Source of the DNA: Vulcanimicrobiota bacterium
Lineage (GTDB): Bacteria > Vulcanimicrobiota > Vulcanimicrobiia > Eremiobacterales > Eremiobacteraceae
Reading direction: 5' to 3'
Length of the DNA stretch: 64,000 nucleotides
Assembly (NCBI GenBank): GCA_963812135.1
Contig: CAWETU010000001.1
Location: 1,472,001 to 1,536,000, forward strand
Every line of letters starts with the position of its first letter. The first letter of the stretch is position 1. Of the stretch, positions 29,110-38,202 are shown in pieces. The position numbers were made by a program, and so were the translations under genes. The notes under the pieces were generated by a model. It worked only from the letters and a program-made list of their open reading frames with translations, was not told the origin of the DNA and searched no databases.

Positions 29110-31065
29110 ATGCAAGGGCACTATCGGTCGATCGCGACCTGGCTAATGGGAGGGCTGCTCGTCGTGAGCATCATGGCCCTCGCGCGGCCGGGCGCCGGCG
29201 CGACGAGCTCGGTGACCGACGTCCATTACGGCACCGTCGACGGCGCGTTCAAACTGACCGTCGTGACGAGTGGCGCCGTGACGACGCAGGTGCATCGATA
29301 TTCGGTCGACTCCGCAAGCGACGTCCAGGATCTCGTGATCGACGTGACGCCGGCTGCGTACGACGGCCGCACGAAGGTGATCGCCTTCTCCGACGGACCG
29401 ATCCACCAAGTGCGCGTCGGCCAGCTGTCGCCGGCGGTCATGCGCATCGTGGTCGAATCCAAGGGCTCGGCGAAGTACGACCTGAACCAAAAGGACGGCG
29501 AGAAGTCGGTAACCCTAGCGCTGACGACCTCGCAGCAACCGCATGCGCTCGATCCTGCCGCCGCCGCGGCCGCGGCACGGGCAGCTGGCGCGCGCCAAAC
29601 GCAAGCGCTCAGCGCCGACATGTCCACGACGCCTGCGCAGCACACGTCCCTCGTCCCCGCACCGGCGGTGGTCGCCGCGGCGAAGCCCGTGGCGGTCGAA
29701 GCGCCGGTCAAACCGGTCGTGCACTCCGCGCCGGAAGTCGTCGCCAAGGCGACGCCCAACCCGTGGTTGCCGGGCGGCAAGTACTATTGCAAGGTGCCGG
29801 GCATGCCTGGATATCACGGCGGCCACTCGACCAGCAGCGCGAGCGTCGCGCCCTCGATGTCCGGGCCGTCGTATCCGTCCTCGCCTTCGCGAAGCACGAG
29901 CACCGCGATGGCGCCGCCAGGCACCGTCTCGATCGACATCAAGAACGGCGACCTGCTCGACGTCATCAAGCTGCTGGCGCAAGAGAGCGGCCAGAATATC
30001 GTCGCGACGGCCTCCGTCAAGGGCACGACCACGATCAGCCTGCACAACGTGCCGTTGCGCGAGGCGCTCGATCTGATCGTGCGCACCAACGGCCTCGAAT
30101 ACCGCCAGGTTGGCAACATCTACGTCGTCGGCACGCCGGACGAGCTTGCCAGGCAATTCGGGTCCTCGGGCCAGGCTGCGCAAACGGTTGCCTTCCCGAT
30201 ACGCTACGCCACCCCGGCTGATCTGGCGAAGCAGCTCAGCACCGTGTTGCCAGCCAGCGCGTTCACCATCGACACCCGCACCGACACGCTGCTCGTGAGC
30301 GGCACGCCCGAGGTCATCCAGACGGCGCGCAACTTCATGGCGCTCGAAGATGTACCGGCGCCGCAGGTCGTGTTCGAAGTGAAAGTCATCGATGTCACCA
30401 AGAACAATGACACGACGAACGTCGGCATCGACTGGGCGGGCAGCTCGACGCTCGGCCTCTTCGAGAACTGCATCACCTGCACGACGTTCACAACGGGGCC
30501 GAACCCGCCAGAGCAGTCGGGTAACCCGATCACGTTCCAACCATTCACCCGCAACGCGCTGTTCATCTCTGCGAAGATCAACTATTTGATCGCGCACAAC
30601 CAGGCGTCGTTGCTCGCCGATCCGCGCGTCGAAGCGCTCGACAACCAGCAAGCGAAGATCCTGGTCGGCCAGACCTACCCGATCGTGTACTACTCCTCGC
30701 AGGCCGGCCAGTTCCAAGTCAACTACATCGACGTCGGCGTGATCTTGCAGGTGACGCCGGTGATCAACACGGACGGCTACATCACGACGACCATGCACGT
30801 GGAGCGCAGCACGATCGCGGGCTTGGTCGCGAACCAGTATCCGATCCTGAATAACCGCAAGATCGATGCGATTCTGCGCGTCAAGGACGGGGATACGATC
30901 GTCATGGGCGGCTTGGTCGACGACGAGTTCACGAGGACGACCACCAAGGTGCCGCTGCTCGGCGATATCCCGGTGCTCGGCGCGCTGTTCAAGAACGTGA
31001 ACCAGACCAAACTGCACAACGAGATCGTCTTCCTGATCACTCCGCACATCGTCGCGGAGCATTGA
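29110..31065 (+). CDS. pilQ: secretin with N-terminal AMIN-like domain
   Basis: signal peptide, VRVGQ..PAVMRIVVE, N-domains, C-terminal GDTIVMGGL...KVPLLGDIPVLGALFK...FLITPHIV. Confidence 0.93.
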   Translation: MQGHYRSIATWLMGGLLVVSIMALARPGAGATSSVTDVHYGTVDGAFKLTVVTSGAVTTQVHRYSVDSASDVQDLVIDVTPAAYDGRTKVIAFSDGPIHQVRVGQLSPAVMRIVVESKGSAKYDLNQKDGEKSVTLALTTSQQPHALDPAAAAAAARAAGARQTQALSADMSTTPAQHTSLVPAPAVVAAAKPVAVEAPVKPVVHSAPEVVAKATPNPWLPGGKYYCKVPGMPGYHGGHSTSSASVAPSMSGPSYPSSPSRSTSTAMAPPGTVSIDIKNGDLLDVIKLLAQESGQNIVATASVKGTTTISLHNVPLREALDLIVRTNGLEYRQVGNIYVVGTPDELARQFGSSGQAAQTVAFPIRYATPADLAKQLSTVLPASAFTIDTRTDTLLVSGTPEVIQTARNFMALEDVPAPQVVFEVKVIDVTKNNDTTNVGIDWAGSSTLGLFENCITCTTFTTGPNPPEQSGNPITFQPFTRNALFISAKINYLIAHNQASLLADPRVEALDNQQAKILVGQTYPIVYYSSQAGQFQVNYIDVGVILQVTPVINTDGYITTTMHVERSTIAGLVANQYPILNNRKIDAILRVKDGDTIVMGGLVDDEFTRTTTKVPLLGDIPVLGALFKNVNQTKLHNEIVFLITPHIVAEH

Positions 31066-31086
31066 CACAAGACGCGCTTAGGAACA

Positions 31087-31120
31087 GCGGGGGTGGCTGC
31101 GGCCGCCCCCGTATGCTTTT
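31087..31120 (+). terminator. hairpin after pilQ
   Basis: GCGGGGGTGGC-TGCG-GCCGCCCCCGT followed by ATGCTTTT. Confidence 0.5.
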
Positions 31121-31129
31121 GCTGAGAAG

Positions 31130-32305
31130 ATGATACGCTATCTCACCGCCGGCGAGTCGCACGGCCCGGCCTTGGTCGGCATCATCGACGGCCTGCCGGC
31201 CGGCCTGCGCATCGACATGGAGCAGCTCGGGCGCGAGGTGGCCGCGCGCCAAGCCGGCTACGGGCGCGGCGGCCGGATGAAGATCGAAGTCGGATTCGGT
31301 CGAATTTCTCGCCGGTATACGCGGCGGGCGTGACGCTCGGCTCGCCGATCGCGCTCGATCATCGCCAACAAGGACTTCCACAACGTGCGCGAGCTGATGG
31401 ATCCGCTCACCGGCGCGGGACCGGCGATCACGCGGCCGCGGCCCGGGCACGCGGACTACGCGGGCGCGCTCAAATACCGGCATCGCGATCTGCGCAACGT
31501 GTTGGAGCGGGCAAGCGCGCGCGAGACCGCGATGCGCGTGGCGCTCGGCGCCCTCGCGCGGCAATACCTGGGTGTGTTCGGCGTCACAGTTGGGGGATAC
31601 GTCAGACAGATCGGCGATGTGACGGCCCTCGAGCAAGCGGAGGCGCCCGATAAAGAGAGTATAGACAGGTCACCCGTGCGTTGTCCGGACGCAGAGGCGT
31701 CCGCGCGAATGGTCGCGCGTATCGATGCGGCCAAGAGCGAAGGCGACACGCTGGGCGGCGTGTTTGAGATCCGGGTGCGGCAGATGCCGGTCGGCATCGG
31801 CAGCAACCGGCAGCCGGCAGAGCGTCTCGATGCGCGGCTCGCGGCGGCGTTGATGAGCATTCAGACCGCGAAGGCGGTCGAGTTCGGCAACGTTGCCAGC
31901 GACCTCGTGGGGAGCCGCTCGCACGACACCTTCGAGGCGCGCGAAGGCGCGGTGGCGCGGGGCAGCAACCGGGCCGGGGGCATCGAAGGCGGCATGAGCA
32001 ACGGCGCGGAGATCGTGGTCCGCGTCAAAGTGAAACCGATCGCCACGTTGATGCGGCCGCTGGCATCGGTGGATCTCGCGACAGGCGCTCCGGCGCCCGC
32101 CGCGATCGTGCGCAGCGACGTCTGCGCGGTGCCGGCCGCATCGGTGATCGGCGAGGCGATGGTGTGTCTCGCATTGGCGGAAGCGCTGTCGGAGAAATAT
32201 GGCGGCGACTCCGTCGAGGAAGTGCAGGAACATTTCCAGGCGTCGCAATTGGGCGCGGCGCGCGTGTTCGGTGAGAAAAAGCCGACGAGCCCGCTTCAAC
32301 ATTAG
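31130..32305 (+). CDS. aroC: chorismate synthase; frameshifts around 31290-31365
   Basis: [53 protein letters not shown] and RSDVC motifs. Confidence 0.95.
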
Positions 32306-32319
32306 AGAAGGCGTGCATC

Positions 32320-35146
32320 GTGGCAGACTCTGGTAAGCCTCCCGCTCCCGATCTCGGCGCCAGCGCCGCGTCGAGCGCCGCCGCGTTTCTCGACGAGGCG
32401 CGCGAGAAGCTCCAGGGCAATGACGTTCCCGCTGCGCTGATCTGCCTGCGGACGGTCGCCGGTTTAGCCGGCTGTCCGCCCGAGGCGCGCGTCGACGCCG
32501 CCAAAATGCTCGCGCAGGCCGGCGACACGGAAGGCGCCATCGCCGCCTACCTCGAGGCCGGCAAGACGTATCTCAACGTCGCCAAAGACACGGTCAAAGC
32601 GCGCCATGCGTTCCAAGCGGGCCACGCGCTCGACGTGCACAACCTCGATATCATCTTCATGCTGGGCCAGGCCGACGTCAACGAAGGACGTCTGCAGGAC
32701 GGCTTGGCCAAATTCATCGACGTTTTGCGCAAATCGAATCTCAAACACGTCCCCGCGCTGTTCGCCGCGGGCTGCATCTATCAATCGAACGGCCAGTTCG
32801 ACCAGGCGATGCTCGCGTTCAAGAAAGTGCTCGATCGCGAAAAGGAGCACGTCGAAGCGACGGTGCGGATCGGCCAGCTCTATCAGAGCAAAGAGCAGAT
32901 GCCCGACGCGATCGGCTATTACATCCAGGCCGCTCAGCTCGCGCGCGAAAGCCAACACTGGGGCACCGCACGCCAGATCGCGAGCATGGTCCAAGCGATC
33001 GATCCGACGAATCAAAAAGCGCGCATGCTGCTCGACGAGCTCGACGAGCAGGGCCACGGCCCCGAAGAGATCTCATCGGACGAGCCCGTCGGCGCCGCGC
33101 CGCCCGCGCCGCCCGCGCAAAGAACAAATCAGGGAGCGCCGGCCGCCGCGCGGCCAAGCGCGCCCGCGCCGGCAGCGGCACAGGCCTCTGGTCGAATGAA
33201 TCCGACCGCTCCAAACGCGGCGCAAACGGCTCGTCCAAGCGCCCCGCCGCCCGCACAGAAGGTCGCGCCTGCGCCGCCGCCAGCCGCAAAGGTCGTCCAG
33301 CCGCCGCCGCCCGCAAAGGTGGTTCAGCCGCCACCCGTCGTCGCGCAAGTCGCCGCAAAGGCGAGCCCGCCGAAGGCTCCGGACGCGCCGCCGGTCGCTG
33401 CCGCAAATGTATCGCAGCCAGCGCCCGGTCGAATAAATTCGACCGCTACAGACGACAAAATAGATTCGACCGCTATGGACGACAAAGCAAATTCGACCGC
33501 GACGAATGCCGCTAAGCCCGCGGACGCGCCGCCGGCCAGCGCGGATCTGGACCGAGCACGACAGATGTTAGCGGCCATCGAGGCGCAGCGCCAGGCCGCT
33601 CAGCAAGATCTGCAGTTGTTGCTGCAGACCCGCGAAGAGCTTCAAAAAGCATTGGGCGAGCAGCGCACGCTTCTCGAAACGGCCACCATGCGCAAGACCG
33701 AGTTGGAGACGAACCTAGCCAACGCGCAGACATCGTTGGAAGAAGCCAAACACGCCCAGGACGTCGCGGTCGCGCAGAGCGGCGAGGGCAAAGAAAAAGC
33801 AGATTCGATGGCCGCGGAACGCGGCGCGCTCGAGAGCGCGCTCGCGTCGCTGCGCACCGAGGCTGACGCGCTGGCGGCTCGGAAGACGGCTGATGAAACC
33901 GCCGTGCGTGAGCTCGCCGCGTTGCGCGATCAGACGGCCGCCGAAGTCGCCGCGTTGACCGCCAAGATGCAAGACGCCAAGAAGTTGACGGACGAACTCG
34001 AGGCCATCCGGACAGCCGCGGGGACCGCCGACGAGCAGGCAGCGCGCGCGCAGACCTTGAGCGCCGAACTCATCGCGCTCGAGGCCAAACGCAGCGCGGG
34101 CCAGAGCGACGTCAGCGCAGCGGAAGAGAACCTCGCCAAGCTGCAGGCGCAGATGGCGCAGGCTCTGAGCGACGCGACTGAGGCGCAGAACGCGAAGACG
34201 AAGGCACAGGGCGAAGCGCAAACGCTTTCGGCGCAGGTCGCTGAGCTCACCGCGACGGTCCAGGATCTCGAACAACGCGCCGCTGCCGGCGCCGCCGCAA
34301 TGCCACCTGCCGCGCCCTGCCGCAGTCCAGGCCAACGTCGGACCGCAAGGCGCGCACGCGCGTGCCGCGGCGCATCTGGCCGCGGGTGAGTACATGAAGG
34401 CCATCGAGGCCTATGGCAACGCGCTGCGCGCGAATCCGCAGGATGCCGCTGCGGCGTACCAGGCGGGTTCGCTGTTGGGCGAACATGGCGCCGACCTTGA
34501 AGGCGCCGAGCGCCTGCTCGTCCAGGCCGCGGAGCTGCGGCCAGACCATGCTGCGACGCGCTTCCAGCTCGCGGTCGTCAAAGCGCGACGCGGCGGCGTG
34601 GTCGAAGGCGCCGAGATGCTCAGCGCACTGGCGCGCGCCGACGCGAACAACGGCGACTTCGTCGATCAATTCATCGAGCGCATGGAGAAGGACGCCGCCG
34701 GCGGCGACCTCGGTGCCAAGTATCGTTTGGGTCTCGCCTATCGCGAGCTCGGGCGCATCGAAGAGGCGCTCGTCGCGCTCCAAGGGATCCAACACGAACC
34801 GGACATGGTGGTGCCGTGTCTGATCGCGATCGGCTCGTGCTTGCGCCGCCAAGGCCTTGACGGCGCCGCGGCAAAGCGCTTCGCGAAGGCCGTCGAGACG
34901 CCGGGCTATCCCGAGGGGCTGTACCTCGAAGCGCTCTACAACCTGGGCGACCTGTACGAGGCCAAGGGCACGCAAGAATCGCTCGCGTTAGCGCTCTCGT
35001 CATTCGAAGAGCTCTACGCGCGTGACTGCACCTATCGCGATATCGGCGAGCGCGTGCGGGTCGTGAAGACCAATCTCGGGTCCACGGAGCGCCAGAAAGT
35101 CAAACGCTTGCCCACGCGCATGGCGGACAGCCAGGGCAATCAGTGA
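32320..35146 (+). CDS. large TPR / Pro-Ala linker / coiled-coil / TPR protein; single frameshift near 34315 joins the 689-aa and 250-aa ORFs
   Basis: second frame reads ...AHARAAAHLAAGEY-MKAIEAY, a continuous TPR helix upstream of the 34394 ATG. Confidence 0.75.
33190..33212 (-). repeat. degenerate REP-like copy within a CDS (GRMNPTAP)
   Basis: GGTCGAATGAATCCGACCGCTCC. Confidence 0.55.
33426..33510. repeat. REP-like copy plus 27-nt tandem repeats within a CDS
   Basis: CGGTCGAATAAATTCGACCGCTACA, then units encoding INSTATDDK / IDSTAMDDK / ANSTATNA. Confidence 0.7.
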
Positions 35147-35946
35147 TGGCACGCCGCGCGATCGCCGGTGAGCTGCGCAAGAAAGCGCAGACGCACCACC
35201 GGCGCAAGGGGCTCGGCGAGGCGCTGCCGCTCTATGCGGAGGCGGCACGCGCGCTCGAGGCCGAGAGCAAGACCGAGGAAGCGATCGAGATGCTCACCGC
35301 GGCGCTGTCGACGCCGGGCCAACATTCGGACGCTGCCTCGCACCAGCAACGCGATCTGCGCCGCATGCTCGCCTCGATGCTCGCGCGCACGCGGCGTATC
35401 GGCGATGCCATCGGCGAATACGAAGAGCTCCTCAAAGTCGGCACACCGGATTCGCAATCGCTCCAGGCGCTCGCGCAGCTGTACGTCGTAGCCGGCAAGA
35501 CGAATCTCGCGACCGATCGACTTCGACGCGCGATCGATCGCAGCATCGCAGAGGGCGATATCGTGGAGGCGTCGCGCGCGGCCGGGCGCCTGGCAGAGCT
35601 GTTGCCCGACTCGCTCGAAGCGGCGGTGCAGCACGCCTCGCTGCTGCGCAACGTCGGCGACGACGGTCTGGTCGGCGCGCTCGAGCGGCTGAAGCTGATG
35701 TACCAAGCCGCCGAGAAGCTATCGCTCGAAGTGTCGGTCTGCCGTGAAATCCTTGAGATGAAGCCGGGTCGAGACGACGTCAAGCGCCGCCTCGCAAGCC
35801 TGTATACGCGCATCCTTGAGATGGACCCGCACGACGACGACGCATGGCAGGGCCTGCGCGTCGTCGACCCGGAGCTCGCCGAGCAGATCGCGGTCCTGCT
35901 CATGGACGAGTTGACCGAGAAGCACGCACGCTCGAAAGCCGGCTGA
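35143..35946 (+). CDS. TPR-like helical repeat protein
   Basis: repeats such as LASMLARTRRIGDAIGEYEELLK; start overlaps the upstream stop. Confidence 0.75.
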   Translation: MMARRAIAGELRKKAQTHHRRKGLGEALPLYAEAARALEAESKTEEAIEMLTAALSTPGQHSDAASHQQRDLRRMLASMLARTRRIGDAIGEYEELLKVGTPDSQSLQALAQLYVVAGKTNLATDRLRRAIDRSIAEGDIVEASRAAGRLAELLPDSLEAAVQHASLLRNVGDDGLVGALERLKLMYQAAEKLSLEVSVCREILEMKPGRDDVKRRLASLYTRILEMDPHDDDAWQGLRVVDPELAEQIAVLLMDELTEKHARSKAG

Positions 35947-36000
35947 TCCCATGCCGCGCTTGCGGGACTCCATGGCCGGTCGCGAGAAGTCCGACCCCTA

Positions 36001-36585
36001 GTGTACGCCAAGCGCAAGAGACCCTTCTCGACGCTGCAGTTCACGCTGACCGTCATCCTGGTCGCGCTGTTGTTCGTGCTGGCCCTGGCGGCGATCACGC
36101 GCGAGGCGGTCGGCGAACCGCTCCTCCCGCCGGAGGTGGTCGAGCTCTTCCGCAAATCGCCGCCGCAGCTGCCGCAAGGCTTCACCTACGACTTTGAAGT
36201 GCTCGATCCCGTGACGCAGCACCCGCTCACGCAGCTGCCCCCTGAAGGCATCGTCCAATTGCGCCTGGCGATCACCAACGCATCGCCGCTGCCCGACACG
36301 CTCGAGTTCCCGACGTCGCTGCAATGCGAGTTCATCTCGCGCCGCGTCGCATCGCTGCTCGGCGGACTGTTCGTGTTCCCGCTCGAGGTATGGCGCTCGT
36401 CGTATTTCCACAACATCTCGCACAAACCGACGACGCTGCTCTTCAAGCCCGGTGAGACCAAAGTGTTCACGGCGTTATGGGGTTTCAAACAATCCGGCGA
36501 CCTCGGCGCGGCAGCCGGCGACTACCGCCTGCTCGCGAAGTTCTACGGGGCGACGTTTCCGATCCGCATTCAAAAACCGCAGTAG
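36001..36585 (+). CDS. membrane-anchored protein with BsuPI-like Ig-fold domain
   Basis: TM helix; L.ITN.....TLEFPTS, VWRSS, PGETKVF...W and GDY motifs. Confidence 0.55.
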   Translation: MYAKRKRPFSTLQFTLTVILVALLFVLALAAITREAVGEPLLPPEVVELFRKSPPQLPQGFTYDFEVLDPVTQHPLTQLPPEGIVQLRLAITNASPLPDTLEFPTSLQCEFISRRVASLLGGLFVFPLEVWRSSYFHNISHKPTTLLFKPGETKVFTALWGFKQSGDLGAAAGDYRLLAKFYGATFPIRIQKPQ

Positions 36586-36592
36586 TCCGCGC

Positions 36593-37117
36593 ATGAACCT
36601 CGCGCTCATCGGCTTCATGGGCGCCGGCAAGACCACCGTGGGGCGCCGGCTGGCGCGCATGACAGGCATGGACTTCGTCGACAGCGACGCCGAGATCACA
36701 CGCCTCCATGGTCCGATCCCCGAGATCTTCGCCAACCAAGGCGAGGCGCAATTCCGGGCGTACGAACGCGAGGCGCTCGAGCGGTCGTGCGCGGGCGAGT
36801 CGTGCGTCATCGCGGTCGGCGGCGGCGCCGTGCTCGACGCGGGCAATCGCGCGCTGCTTCGGCGCCGATGCCTGGTCGTGCATCTCGCGATCTCGCCCGA
36901 GGCGGCGCACGCGCGCGTCGCCCATCGTTCGCATCGGCCGCTGCTCGGTGAGACGCCGAGCTTGGAGCGGGTGCGCGAGTTGCTGGCAGAGCGAGCCGAC
37001 GCATACGCGGACAGCGACTTGCGGATCGCGGTGGATGACTCGACCGCGGGAAGAGTCGCCGGCACGATCGCTCGCTGGTATCGTGCGCGCAGCGGCGGGG
37101 CGGAGCATTTGCGTTGA
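36593..37117 (+). CDS. aroK: shikimate kinase
   Basis: LIGFMGAGKTTVG, GEAQFR, GGGAV and RPLL motifs. Confidence 0.95.
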   Translation: MNLALIGFMGAGKTTVGRRLARMTGMDFVDSDAEITRLHGPIPEIFANQGEAQFRAYEREALERSCAGESCVIAVGGGAVLDAGNRALLRRRCLVVHLAISPEAAHARVAHRSHRPLLGETPSLERVRELLAERADAYADSDLRIAVDDSTAGRVAGTIARWYRARSGGAEHLR

Positions 37118-38202
37118 GCGATATCATCCTCGACGGCCTGCGGTATCCCGTCGTCATGAGCGACGACGCGCCGGCGCGAGTCGCGACTGCGCTCGCGGGT
37201 GCGCCGTCGGTCGCGATCGTCTACGACGCTCGCGTCGCTGCTCGTCGCGCTGCGATCGAAGCGGCGGTGGCGGCGTCGGGCGTGAACGTCATCGGGGCGC
37301 TCGAGCTGCGCGGCGGCGAGCGCGTGAAGCGCACGCGCAGCCTCGAGGAGCTGTGGCGCTGGCTGGTCGAGCGACGGGCAGACCGGCAAACGGTGCTGGT
37401 CGCCGTCGGTGGCGGCACGATCACCGACCTGGCCGGATTGGCCGCGGCGACGTTCATGCGCGGCATCGCTTGGGTCGCGGTCCCCACGACCATTCTGGGG
37501 ATGGCGGACGCGGCGATCGGCGGCAAGACCGCGATCGACCTGGCCGAAGGCAAGAACCTCGTCGGGGCGTTTTGGGAGCCGCGCGCAGTCGTTGGTGACT
37601 TTGCGGCGCTCGACACGCTGCCCCGGCGCGAGCGGGCGACCGGCATGGCGGAGATCGTCAAAGCGGCCGTCATCGGCGACCCGGCATTGCTCGATGAGAT
37701 AGGGCGCCGGCGGCCGGCGCGGGCAGCCGACGATGCCTTGCGCGAGGCGATCGTGCGCGCAGCTCAGGTGAAGATCGGGATCGTCGCCGGCGACCTGCGC
37801 GAGGCGGGCGCGCGCGAAGCGCTCAATCTCGGCCATACCATCGGCCACGCGCTCGAGCATACGGCGCATCGCGCGATGCCGCACGGCCACGCGGTCTCGA
37901 TCGGGCTGCGCGGCGAAGGGCTGCTCGCGCTGGCTTCCGGAAGATTCTCACGGCCCGAACACGCGCGGGTATTGCAGGCGCTGCGCCGGGCAAAGCTGCC
38001 GCTGTACGAGGCGTCGATCGACGTGGACGCCGCGTTGCGCGCGATGGAGCTGGACAAGAAGCGGCGCGATGGCCAGATCCGCTTCGCGCTGCCCGAACGT
38101 CTCGGCCACGTGGTGACTGCAGTGGCGCTCGACCCGGTTGCGGTCCGCGCGGCCGTCGCACAATGCGCGACGGCACCGCAAGCCGAAGAACTGGGAGAGT
38201 GA
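37114..38202 (+). CDS. aroB: 3-dehydroquinate synthase
   Basis: GGGTITDLAG, PTT, DAAIGGKT, KNLVGAF, LNLGHTIGHALE and DKK motifs. Confidence 0.95.
   Translation: MSDIILDGLRYPVVMSDDAPARVATALAGAPSVAIVYDARVAARRAAIEAAVAASGVNVIGALELRGGERVKRTRSLEELWRWLVERRADRQTVLVAVGGGTITDLAGLAAATFMRGIAWVAVPTTILGMADAAIGGKTAIDLAEGKNLVGAFWEPRAVVGDFAALDTLPRRERATGMAEIVKAAVIGDPALLDEIGRRRPARAADDALREAIVRAAQVKIGIVAGDLREAGAREALNLGHTIGHALEHTAHRAMPHGHAVSIGLRGEGLLALASGRFSRPEHARVLQALRRAKLPLYEASIDVDAALRAMELDKKRRDGQIRFALPERLGHVVTAVALDPVAVRAAVAQCATAPQAEELGE

Noticed and set aside
6933..31068. Long antisense or alternative-frame ORFs (e.g. 6968-8878, 13137-14471, 19919-21151, 29515-31068)
   Set aside because: Shadow ORFs expected in high-GC DNA; they overlap well-supported genes and are Arg/Ala/Pro-rich without motifs
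33426..33510. Possible mini CRISPR array
   Set aside because: Period is only 27 nt, there are no unique spacers, it lies in frame in a CDS, and no cas genes are present
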